Part shown: positions 27,346-35,503 of the stretch, piece after piece | How positions within the stretch are numbered: the first letter of the stretch is position 1 | Layout of the letters: the number at the start of each line of letters is the position of its first letter | Assembly: GCA_017552535.1 (NCBI GenBank) | Contig: JAFZPV010000059.1 | Location: 4,629-68,628, forward strand | From: Clostridia bacterium | GTDB taxonomy: Bacteria; Bacillota; Clostridia; Christensenellales; Aristaeellaceae | Reading direction: 5' to 3' | Length of the DNA: 64,000 nucleotides | The notes under the pieces: model-generated | Database searches by the model: none | Told to the model about the DNA's origin: nothing | Seen by the model: only the letters and a program-made list of their open reading frames with translations | Program-made: the position numbers and the translations under genes

Positions 27346-28451
27346 GAAAGCTTGAACAGATAGGTGAACTCGGTCACAGCGGGATCGTCATTGGTGAGCA
27401 TTTTGTTAAAGTCCAGTATCATCGCGCCTAAAGTATCGGAGATCTGGAAGTAGTCGGGCGTGGTAAACCACACATTGCCTTCCTTCACCGCTTTGAAGTC
27501 CGCCAGTATCGGACTGCGCGCCAGGAACTCCTCCATGGTAGCGGGTTTGCCGCCCATGGACCAGATGTACACGATGTAATCCGCTTCGCCCGCGCCGATA
27601 TAGAACTCCTCGGCTTCGATCTTCTGGGTGCCGCTCTTTTCCGGAGACAGTTCAGGCAGCACATATTCGCCGCCGGCCAGCTCCAGCATTTTCACCATGT
27701 AGTCTCCCGCGCGGCGGGTGTACAGATCGCCCTTGGACGTGATGTAGAACATGGCCACGGTTTTGCCGGTGGATTCTTCAGGAATCGCCTCGATAAGCGC
27801 TTTCTGAGCGTCATAATGCGCCTGCGCTTCGGCTTCCTTGCCCAAGAGCACGCCGTAGAGCTTGATCCACTCCATACGCGCCAGAGGATGGCTTTCGTAG
27901 GTAGAGCAGTCCCTCATGTACGGAATGCCGATCTCTTTAAGCTTTTCCGCCACTTCCGGCACACTGTCAAGCATGGTGGAGAACACGGCGAACGGGGGCT
28001 TATTGGCTGTCAGCGTCTCGAAGTCAGGGGCCTTGTAACTGCCGATATACGTCAGCTTGCCCGCGTCCATGGCTGCTTTGACTTCATCTATGTACCAGCC
28101 GTCGTACTCCTGGGTGGTGGTAGCCACGGCGTCCAGCGCGCCGAGGGCGTTTATGAGAGAAACCGTGGGCGTGGAAGAAATGAGCAGGTTGTCAAGCGGC
28201 AGCTGCAGTGTGACGATATCCTCGGGCAGGCCCTCCGGGATCTGTGCGCCTTCGGGGATGGTCAGAAAGCGCGCGCCGTCGCTGATGGTGATCAGGCTGT
28301 AGCCGCCTTCACAGAAGTCCACGCTGAACTGATCCGCGTATTCAAGTTCAAGAGACCCGGTTATGGTGAGAGCCGCGGTCTCTGCCGTAACGGGCAGGCA
28401 GGTAAGGATGAGAGCAACGACCAGGATGAGCACTGCCGGGAATCGTTTCAT
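27342..28451 (-). CDS. class III substrate-binding lipoprotein (BtuF/FecB/IsdE type)
   Basis: Signal peptide with LTC. It is a paralogue of the SBP at 21862-23280. It is the first gene after the riboswitch, with GGAGG 7 nt upstream. Confidence 0.9.
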   Translation of the reverse strand: MKRFPAVLILVVALILTCLPVTAETAALTITGSLELEYADQFSVDFCEGGYSLITISDGARFLTIPEGAQIPEGLPEDIVTLQLPLDNLLISSTPTVSLINALGALDAVATTTQEYDGWYIDEVKAAMDAGKLTYIGSYKAPDFETLTANKPPFAVFSTMLDSVPEVAEKLKEIGIPYMRDCSTYESHPLARMEWIKLYGVLLGKEAEAQAHYDAQKALIEAIPEESTGKTVAMFYITSKGDLYTRRAGDYMVKMLELAGGEYVLPELSPEKSGTQKIEAEEFYIGAGEADYIVYIWSMGGKPATMEEFLARSPILADFKAVKEGNVWFTTPDYFQISDTLGAMILDFNKMLTNDDPAVTEFTYLFKLS

Positions 28452-28490
28452 TGGGATGCCTCCGTCAAGAGATTTATTTTTCCGGGCAGG

Positions 28491-28523
28491 CTAAAGAAAA
28501 ATCCCAATTCCGTACGGAATGGG
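28491..28523 (-). terminator. intrinsic terminator serving as the expression platform of the cobalamin riboswitch
   Basis: The minus strand reads CCCATTCC-GTAC-GGAATTGGG (one bulge) followed by ATTTTTCTTT, about 40 nt upstream of the SBP start. Confidence 0.6.
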
Positions 28524-28544
28524 ACGCACAAACAAAGCACAGCA

Positions 28545-28795
28545 CGGACTCTTATGTGAGCCCCGGCTTTGCGGCTGTCCTTCTCCCCTGCCCAAGAAAT
28601 CAATGCCTCAGACAGTTCCGGCAGGTCTCCTGGCTTATGGCTCAGCTTTACCCGCAACCCGCGCGCCTTCTCAAGCATGGCTTAATGGCATCTGCGCAGG
28701 TCTTTCGCCAAATACAGTAATGGCTGTTGCGCCGGATTCTCACCGGCTTCCCTTTTCACCCGGGCGGAAACATCCCCCGGACACCTGAACTGCGT
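28545..28795 (-). promoter_or_regulatory. cobalamin (AdoCbl) riboswitch aptamer
   Basis: The minus strand contains AAAAGGGAAGCCGGTGAGAATCCGGCGCAACAGCC (28729-28752 region). It also contains the B12 box AGCCAGGAGACCTGCC (revcomp of 28620-28635). The outer boundaries are approximate. Confidence 0.85.
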
Positions 28796-28812
28796 ATTCA
28801 GTTATCGCTTTA

Positions 28813-28841
28813 AGTATACATCAGTCACCAGCGTTAGTCAA
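28813..28841 (-). promoter_or_regulatory. candidate sigma-A promoter driving the riboswitch and the block of about 21 kb
   Basis: On the minus strand: TTGACT (28841-28836), a 17-nt spacer, then TATACT (28818-28813). Confidence 0.5.
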
Positions 28842-28930
28842 CAAGTATATTGATCCAATCACGTCAATTGAAATGTATTCAGGCTATTTTGTGTGAACCC
28901 CTTTAATAGGCATCCCGAAAGCTTTCCCAC

Positions 28931-28988
28931 TTGGTAAAACACCGTGTTCACATCGCGGATGTCACCGGTTCGAGTCCAGTAAGCACCA
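28931..28988 (+). pseudogene. tRNA-Val(CAC)-like 3' fragment, not an intact tRNA
   Basis: The D-loop-like TTGGTA is followed by CCGTG-TTCACAT-CGCGG (U33, anticodon CAC, A37). Then come ATGTC, ACCGG-TTCGAGT-CCAGT (one mismatch) and AAGCACCA. No pairing 5' acceptor strand is present. Confidence 0.45.
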
Positions 28989-28990
28989 TC

Positions 28991-29019
28991 GCCTCCCCCC
29001 AACCGGGAGAGGCATTTTC
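28991..29019 (+). terminator. terminator hairpin directly after the tRNA-like fragment
   Basis: GCCTCCCCC-aacc-GGGAGAGGC (one mismatch) followed by ATTTTCA. Confidence 0.5.
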
Positions 29020-29054
29020 ATGCAGCGAAACGTAAGAAAAAGAGGTGAAAACGC

Positions 29055-29246
29055 ATGAATAAGTTCATTTCCAGGCAGAAAATGAGCAAAAAAGCACGAA
29101 AAGAGCTTGACGCAAAACAACGATCAACATGGAGCTTCAGCCCGGTAACCAAGAAGGTCGAAAACAAAAAACTCTACAACAGAAAGAGAAAACCCTCTGG
29201 AAAAAACGAAGATTTCGGCAGAGGGTTTTGTTATGTTTATGTTTAG
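29055..29246 (+). CDS. small basic hypothetical protein (63 aa)
   Basis: AGAGGTGAAAA RBS. The Lys/Arg-rich sequence is MSKKARKELDAKQRSTWSFSPVTKK. A terminator is embedded at the 3' end. Function is unknown. Confidence 0.45.
   Translation: MNKFISRQKMSKKARKELDAKQRSTWSFSPVTKKVENKKLYNRKRKPSGKNEDFGRGFCYVYV
29189..29245 (+). terminator. intrinsic terminator
   Basis: An 11-bp perfect stem AAAACCCTCTG / CAGAGGGTTTT with a 19-nt loop, followed by GTTATGTTTATGTTT. Confidence 0.55.
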
Positions 29247-29375
29247 AGGGTGTGCGTCGAAAAGGGCGCATATTTTCGCGATGTGGACAAGACGCTCCAC
29301 CATTCTGTTACCGTCGCTCGACACGAACAGGATCATATACGAGTCGAGGACATCTCATCCAGCCTGTTTGTTATC

Positions 29376-30305
29376 TCAGTCATTCTCCTTCTGTTTCAAT
29401 ATCCGTTCCACAGCCACCCAGCCGAGATATTTGGGATGATCCCCGGAGAGTGCTGTCATGGCTTCAATTTCACGGTAATCATCGATCCGTACCGTATCCC
29501 ATGCATGGATAATCCTGCCGCCCCCGAGGCTGATGCCGCAGTGCCCCCAGTTGACCGGACCGTCTGGCCCCTGGCAGATGCGATCATAGAAGACAAATAC
29601 GCCTCGCTCCGGTTTGCCCTGACACATTCTATCAGCATAAAGCAAAGCAGACTCCTTCGCGGAATCCCCGCCGAAGATCTCGATGCCATTGCTCTTTTCA
29701 AGCGCGTCCTCAACGAACGACAGGCACCATCCGGCGTACTCAGTACCGCCAAGCCGATCCTCCGCCCAGCGGATCATGTTCTGTATGAGTTCGTTCAGCC
29801 AATCCTTCCTCGAGATCGCTGATACGTGTGACCTCCCGTTTGCCTCATCTGGATATTCGCGGACAAAATGCATGCCGATGGATTCCGCCGTCCGGAAAGA
29901 AGGCACATTGGTATATTTGCAGCAGGAGTACATGGCCGGATAATCCGTATTCCGGAACGTCCAGTCACGGACTGCTTTGGCGGCCTCTCCGGCATAGCCT
30001 TTCCGCTGGCAGTCACGGCGGATATGGTAGCCGATTTCCGGCAGTATTTCTCCATGGATATTCTGGAGTGTCAACCCGCAGTCGCCGATCATCTCACCGG
30101 TGTCCTTCAGGCAGACAGCCCACAGCCCGAAGCCGTCGTTCCGGTATCGGTTCATATTCCGTTCGATCCAGTCCCGGACGCGCTGCCCGTCGAAGGTGCA
30201 GGGGTAATGCCGCATGGTTTCAGGGTCACCGAGCACCTGAAACAGTGCCTGATCATCATCCGGCTTCATTTCCCGAAGCAACAATCTTCTCGTTTCCAAA
30301 ACCAT
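29376..30305 (-). CDS. GNAT N-acetyltransferase fused to a C-terminal NlpC/P60-like (Cys-His) domain
   Basis: The N-terminus is RimJ/RimL-like (RRLLLREM...GYHIRRDCQRKGYAGEAA). The C-terminus has GWCLSFVEDAL (Cys) and GHCGISLGGGRIIHAWD (His), as in NlpC/P60. No signal peptide is present. Confidence 0.75.
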   Translation of the reverse strand: MVLETRRLLLREMKPDDDQALFQVLGDPETMRHYPCTFDGQRVRDWIERNMNRYRNDGFGLWAVCLKDTGEMIGDCGLTLQNIHGEILPEIGYHIRRDCQRKGYAGEAAKAVRDWTFRNTDYPAMYSCCKYTNVPSFRTAESIGMHFVREYPDEANGRSHVSAISRKDWLNELIQNMIRWAEDRLGGTEYAGWCLSFVEDALEKSNGIEIFGGDSAKESALLYADRMCQGKPERGVFVFYDRICQGPDGPVNWGHCGISLGGGRIIHAWDTVRIDDYREIEAMTALSGDHPKYLGWVAVERILKQKEND

Positions 30306-30427
30306 TTGTTATCAACACTTTCTCACTGTCAGACGATATCCCATGTCTCGCAGGCAGTCAGATTTACTTCTTTGAATACTCATACCATCAGTCCTTCTGT
30401 CCGTAAATTAATGAGCTGTTCTTGCCT

Positions 30428-31522
30428 TTAATCCACCTGCCCTTGGATGATGCGCAGCATCTCCGGGCTTACGATGCGCCGCTCGTCATCGGTGACCAGC
30501 GAAAAGCGATTGCAGTCGTAGGGCGTGCTGAGGTAATTCCATACGCTGTAAGGTATGTCATGCTCAATCGCGAAGCGGATCACGTCGCGCATCCAGTTTT
30601 CTCGCCATATGATTTTGGCGTGCCGGATCGTGCCGAACTCGCCGAACCACAGCACCTTGTCAGGATGCTTCTGCCTGAACTCGGCTGCGCCGCGCAGTCC
30701 GTGCTCGACATATTCACGGCCTACAATGGGATAAGGATCGAACTCCGCCGGATCGCGGCCTGCAAACACGGCGAAATCCCTGTAATATGAATTATCGCCC
30801 GGATATGGGATCTCACGGTTGTAGGCGTACTGCACTGTGTCGATCGTCGTACGCTGATGGGTAAAGGTATGCGGTCCGTAATAGTGGAAGGTGTAAGCGA
30901 TGTATTCATCATCGTACAGTTTCAGATCCTTCAGCCGGTCGGGACTGTTCCAGCAGACGGAGCCGATGATGATACGACGGGTTGGATTCTTCGCACGGAT
31001 GGCCTTTATAGCCCGATCCGCCAGCGCGTTCCATGCTTCGGCGTCCTGTGTCGTCACTTCGTTCAGCAATTCAAAGATAATATCCAGATCGCGATAACGC
31101 TCTTCGAGCATGGCCCACATCGCTACAAAACGGTCCTTCAACTGTTCATCATCAAGAAGATTGGCGCCTTCCGCAAAATCGCAATAGCAGCCGATGGCGT
31201 GATGAAGGTTCAATATGACCTCAAAACCTTCGTCCAGTGCCCAGCCGATGCAGCGGTCCAGCAGGCGAAGCATATCCTCCCGATACGAATAGGGACGGGT
31301 GTATTCCTCAATGACCACCTGATCGAAGGGTATACGGATATGGTCCATGCCCATGGCACGGATATTCTGCATATCCCAGCGGGCAAGATAGCGGTCAAAG
31401 TGCTCCTTGTCGCCGATGCTGAGGCTGAACGCCTTGTCTTCCGGCAGGAAACGTACCCGCTTGTAGTTGGTCATCCAGCCGCCGACGCCCATGCCCCTGT
31501 GCAGTTTATCGAAAGGGTTCAT
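30428..31522 (-). CDS. glycoside hydrolase family 5 (cellulase-superfamily) enzyme, cytoplasmic
   Basis: ILNLHH, FELLNEV (acid/base Glu) and WFGEFG (nucleophile Glu). Confidence 0.8.
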   Translation of the reverse strand: MNPFDKLHRGMGVGGWMTNYKRVRFLPEDKAFSLSIGDKEHFDRYLARWDMQNIRAMGMDHIRIPFDQVVIEEYTRPYSYREDMLRLLDRCIGWALDEGFEVILNLHHAIGCYCDFAEGANLLDDEQLKDRFVAMWAMLEERYRDLDIIFELLNEVTTQDAEAWNALADRAIKAIRAKNPTRRIIIGSVCWNSPDRLKDLKLYDDEYIAYTFHYYGPHTFTHQRTTIDTVQYAYNREIPYPGDNSYYRDFAVFAGRDPAEFDPYPIVGREYVEHGLRGAAEFRQKHPDKVLWFGEFGTIRHAKIIWRENWMRDVIRFAIEHDIPYSVWNYLSTPYDCNRFSLVTDDERRIVSPEMLRIIQGQVD

Positions 31523-31559
31523 GTTATCTTATCTCCCATGGCATTTTTCATTTGTACGA

Positions 31560-33710
31560 TTATCTCCCGCTTCCGGCCAAAGGTTCCCTGAAAGGCATGC
31601 AAACGTAGTAATCCCCGGTCAAGTTCTCGGCTTTGTAGCATTGTTCACGGCCTTCCGTTTCTATGGGACGCCACGTTTGATCGTCCGGCAGAACGTCGAT
31701 CATGTCTGCGCGCTTCACATCGGCGGCATTCACAAACCCGCAGGTCTTCACGCAGTATGTCTCGGGATAAAACAGCACGTCGGCGTTTTTCAGGCCGCTG
31801 ATCCTGATGACCCTGCGGTGATATCCGCTGACGGGAGGCATTTCTTTGACAGAAACGACGCCTTCCTTCTGCCGGACGAAGAAGCGGCATTCGCGATGCT
31901 CACAGCGGCTGAAGCGATAGCGCGCAAGTCCGTCGCACAGCTCAGTTTCGCCGCAGTCCAGGATCGGCGCGCCCTGGGGAAAACCGATCAGCGTATCAGT
32001 CGTGGTGTTGGGATTGTACACGGAAAACAGGAACGCGTTATTGTTCCGGCTGACGGTCATGGTCGGCGTTTTGGTGTTTGTTATTCGCTCGCAGCGGAAA
32101 GTGTAGCCGAAATGCTCAGCTGCAAGCAAAAGACTGGAAGGGCCATCGGCGACGTCTGCTTTTTCTGCCGTTTTACCTGTGTCAATGGAAGAAAGCCGGC
32201 CAGCCGTGCCGTAAAAGATGATCCGTCCGCCGCGCTCCGCAAAGGAACGCAGACGCTCCCGGACGGTTTCGTTGGGCTGAACGGGTGAAATCAGAACGCT
32301 GTTATCGAATACCGACGGCGGCAGTTTCAGGAAGATATCGGCGGAGACGACGCAGTTGAGCGGAAAGCCGCTGTTGATGGCGTCGCAGATGAACATGTCG
32401 CCGTAATACATCTCTGACAGAAGCTGTTCGGAATCCGCCGTGGCGTATTCGCGCATGGGATAGACCCATACGAAAGGCGCGGGCCGGTCAGCGCAATCCT
32501 TCTCAGCCTTCATCAGATGCGGCAGCGGTTCATATACGCAGGCATCGGGCATATCGCCGAAAGAATTGTCAATGGTCAGGATACTCAGCGTACCCGCAGA
32601 CTCCGCTTTCCCGTTTTCATCGATCCGCGATACCGCCATAGGAAGATAGATATCGTGCGGCTGACCGTTGTAGCGGTCGTACCATGGGGAATTGGCCCAC
32701 CAGGGGTCATGGATGTAATAACGGAATTTGATGGGGTGTTCCGGCAGCTCGCAGATCCTCGTCATGTGTCCCATCAGTTCCAGGCCGTAGTTGCCGTTCA
32801 GTGCGGCCCACGGCGAGTTGGGCGGCGGGGTGATATCCAAACCTGCCCGGTACAGATCATACAGGGGAACCCCGTCTGTCGCGTAATCGATCCCCACGGA
32901 ATGGTTGGTGCCTCTGGTCTCGAGCGGAAAGGAGCATTCCCTGCGGAAGAACGTCCAGAAATCGAACACCTTTTTCTTTGTGACGGAGAGCTTTTCAGGG
33001 TAAAAGTGCTGACCGTCAAAGATCTTTCCGGTCCTGGACCAGGGGTCCGCGCTGAAGCCCAGCCCGTTGGAAAGCCAGAGATAGTCGAAACCCATGTCGC
33101 CAAGGAAACGCTGGGACTGCTTTCCCAGGAAGGTCCCAAACGGCGTGCCATCGGGAATCCCATCGGGGTACGCGGCGTATGGACGGTCATCCCCGTTCAG
33201 GATGGCGGTCGCGTCGATAAAGCCGAAATGATCCAGCTTTTGGCCGGAAGTGATCTCGGGATGCCGTTTATACTTGAACTCCGATACCGCAAATTCGGGA
33301 CCGATGTCAAAAATGGCGCCCACCCGGATCTGGCAGCCGCACGCCTTCCCGCCTTCCTGCTTCAGGATGCGAACGACGGATCTCAGGATCTCATAGGTCA
33401 TGACGGGCGGGTCTTTGGTGTAAAGCCGCTTTTTGGCGTGCAGGTTCAGCATCGGCGGGTCATTTTCGTCCGCGAGGGGATTGTTGGCCGTGCCAAGAAA
33501 GTATGCCCATTCGAAGCGCTGTGACAGGTCGCCGGCATAATCCAGTATCTCGCTCCCGTCACTCGCCCACAGGAGAACGGAAACGTCTTTCCGGTTTTTC
33601 AGCAGCGGCTTCCATTGCTCAAATACGCCGGCACAGACCCGCTCGATGTATTCGGGAGTCGTTATCCGAAACGGTTTGAGGCTCATCTCCAACGTGACGG
33701 ATTGAAACAT
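31560..33710 (-). CDS. hypothetical 716-aa cytoplasmic protein; function unknown, in a glycosidase neighbourhood
   Basis: CAGGAGG RBS and a long uninterrupted ORF with normal composition. I recognise no diagnostic motif. Confidence 0.75.
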   Translation of the reverse strand: MFQSVTLEMSLKPFRITTPEYIERVCAGVFEQWKPLLKNRKDVSVLLWASDGSEILDYAGDLSQRFEWAYFLGTANNPLADENDPPMLNLHAKKRLYTKDPPVMTYEILRSVVRILKQEGGKACGCQIRVGAIFDIGPEFAVSEFKYKRHPEITSGQKLDHFGFIDATAILNGDDRPYAAYPDGIPDGTPFGTFLGKQSQRFLGDMGFDYLWLSNGLGFSADPWSRTGKIFDGQHFYPEKLSVTKKKVFDFWTFFRRECSFPLETRGTNHSVGIDYATDGVPLYDLYRAGLDITPPPNSPWAALNGNYGLELMGHMTRICELPEHPIKFRYYIHDPWWANSPWYDRYNGQPHDIYLPMAVSRIDENGKAESAGTLSILTIDNSFGDMPDACVYEPLPHLMKAEKDCADRPAPFVWVYPMREYATADSEQLLSEMYYGDMFICDAINSGFPLNCVVSADIFLKLPPSVFDNSVLISPVQPNETVRERLRSFAERGGRIIFYGTAGRLSSIDTGKTAEKADVADGPSSLLLAAEHFGYTFRCERITNTKTPTMTVSRNNNAFLFSVYNPNTTTDTLIGFPQGAPILDCGETELCDGLARYRFSRCEHRECRFFVRQKEGVVSVKEMPPVSGYHRRVIRISGLKNADVLFYPETYCVKTCGFVNAADVKRADMIDVLPDDQTWRPIETEGREQCYKAENLTGDYYVCMPFREPLAGSGR

Positions 33711-33760
33711 GGCCAGGCCTCCTGTTAGGACATCAGATACCCTCTTTGGTCTTTGAAAGC

Positions 33761-34139
33761 TTACCTGTCATTGAATACATTGCACTCATCCGGGTTTTCC
33801 TTAACAAGGCTCCCGTTCCTGTCTCACGGGTCATGATATCCCACCAGAAGGCTGCCCACTCGAGCTCGTTCTCCGATTCATTTACAGCGCTGTGAAGGGC
33901 ATCCGGCGGGATATGCGCTGCACCTCCCGTCCGACAGAATAGAAAACTTCATCCACAACGACAAGGCCGTTCCCCTTTGTGAAGATATATGCCGCTTCCT
34001 TACATTGCTTATGTGCTTCCATTGCCCCTGGGCCGTTCATATATGATCCGCGCTCTTCAGCTTCAGCAGCCTTGCCGCATGGGCCGGTATATTGACAGCG
34101 ATCTATTCCGTGAAAGCACCAAGCTCCCTCTTTGCCCAT
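33761..34139 (-). pseudogene. frameshifted paralogue of the cupin gene at 38029-38433
   Basis: It aligns at the nucleotide level with 38029-38433 (NGPGAMEAHKQCKEAAYIFTKGNG versus NGPGAMEVHKHHKEEVYIFTKGSG). It has a 1-nt deletion near the PGDVAYIPPD region and a 4-nt deficit near the end. It overlaps the 3' end of the GH27 gene by 37 bp. Confidence 0.7.
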
Positions 34140-35503
34140 AAATCACGTGCGGAAACTTTGCTGTTCAGCGGCAGGGACAGGATTTCGTCCTGCTCGCCGA
34201 GGTTGAACATCGCTATTGCCGTACTGCCGTCTTCCAGGGGCTTGGCGTATATCCGCTTATGTTTGATTTCGGTTCTGTCCATGGCTCTTGTGCGTTCCTC
34301 ATGTACACAGACTGCTCCTATTCCCAACGCATCCTGATTGACGCTCAGTACTTCTTCATTGCAGAAAAGCGCCATGTCAAATGCAGTCAGTCTGCTCAGG
34401 TCACAGCTTAACTGTATGGGGGAGGGGAATATGACGCGGATGGTGAATGCGGTTATCTGCTCGTCCTCAGTAAGACGCGAGGCCCACTGCTCGCCCGTCA
34501 TGTGGTTGCAGATCCAGCCGCATTCCAGCATATCGAGGTCAAAGAAATGCCCGCGGCTGACATGTTCCGCCCAGTGATCCGAATGGAATCTGTTCCAGAC
34601 GATATTGTCCCACGAGTCCCTGGAATCGGAGTTGTCCCGCCAGTGATTGCAGTTTTTCTTCCAGTAGTCTGCGTACCGGAGATTTGCCGACACGGTCACG
34701 CAGAATTGAAAATCCCGTTCACTTCTGCGCAGGCAGTCTTTCATCCGTTCGGCGTTTTCCGGATCACATGGGCTCCAGTCATACTTCAGATAATCAAAGC
34801 CCCACTCCGTCCACTGATCCACACAGGCCTGTTCGCGATGATCCAGGCCTATGCCGTAATACGTATCCATCCATTTGGGATCGGTTTTTCCGCGCGTACA
34901 GCCCGGCAGTTCGCCGCCGCCCCAGGCTTTCTGCATCGGTGTTGAGTAGATGCCTGCTTTCAGTCCCAGACGGTGGATGTGATCGGTCATGGCTTTCATA
35001 TCGGGAAACTTAAAGTTGCTCATGATGGCATCATACTTACCGCCGTATTCGCCTTGCCACGCGGAATCCGTGTTCACGAACTGATAGCCGTAGCTGCTCA
35101 GGCCGCTGGATACCATCAGATCGGCTGTCTGTTCGATCTTCTGCTGTGAAACCGTGCGTCCGAATGCGTTCCAACTGCACCAGCCGAGCATTGGGGTCAG
35201 TCCGGAGCCGTCTTCTTTTACAAGAAACCGGATCTCGCGGCTGTCGCAGCTTTCCCCGTTGCTGACGCTTATCTTCAGCCTGTATTCGCCTGCTTTGGGG
35301 ATCCCGGTCAGAAAACCGTTTGTCTTGTCCAGACTTAACCCGGGCGGCAGATCTTCCGCTGCGAAGCACAGGGGCCTTTTGCCTGTTGCCGGGATCGCAT
35401 ACAGCATGTACTTATCCGGCGAGGCCCCGTAGACCGTGGGCGTGTGCAGACGTGCCGGCCCTTTGTCGTGCGGTTTATAAGGCGCTATCTCTGTTTTTAT
35501 CAT
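34103..35503 (-). CDS. alpha-galactosidase (GH27) with an N-terminal Ig-like domain
   Basis: MLGWCSWNAF (GWNSWN-like) and DYLKYDWSPC (LKYDNC-like). The N-terminus PPGLSLDKTNGFLTGIPKAGEY resembles a putative Ig domain. Confidence 0.8.
   Translation of the reverse strand: MIKTEIAPYKPHDKGPARLHTPTVYGASPDKYMLYAIPATGKRPLCFAAEDLPPGLSLDKTNGFLTGIPKAGEYRLKISVSNGESCDSREIRFLVKEDGSGLTPMLGWCSWNAFGRTVSQQKIEQTADLMVSSGLSSYGYQFVNTDSAWQGEYGGKYDAIMSNFKFPDMKAMTDHIHRLGLKAGIYSTPMQKAWGGGELPGCTRGKTDPKWMDTYYGIGLDHREQACVDQWTEWGFDYLKYDWSPCDPENAERMKDCLRRSERDFQFCVTVSANLRYADYWKKNCNHWRDNSDSRDSWDNIVWNRFHSDHWAEHVSRGHFFDLDMLECGWICNHMTGEQWASRLTEDEQITAFTIRVIFPSPIQLSCDLSRLTAFDMALFCNEEVLSVNQDALGIGAVCVHEERTRAMDRTEIKHKRIYAKPLEDGSTAIAMFNLGEQDEILSLPLNSKVSARDLWAKRELGAFTE

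Noticed and set aside
28931-28988. Possible functional tRNA-Val gene. The same question applies to 6823-6869 and 7371-7395.
   Set aside because: The anticodon and T arms fold, but no 5' acceptor strand complementary to the 3' strand exists, and the D-stem is at best 3 A-U pairs. I report these as fragments only.
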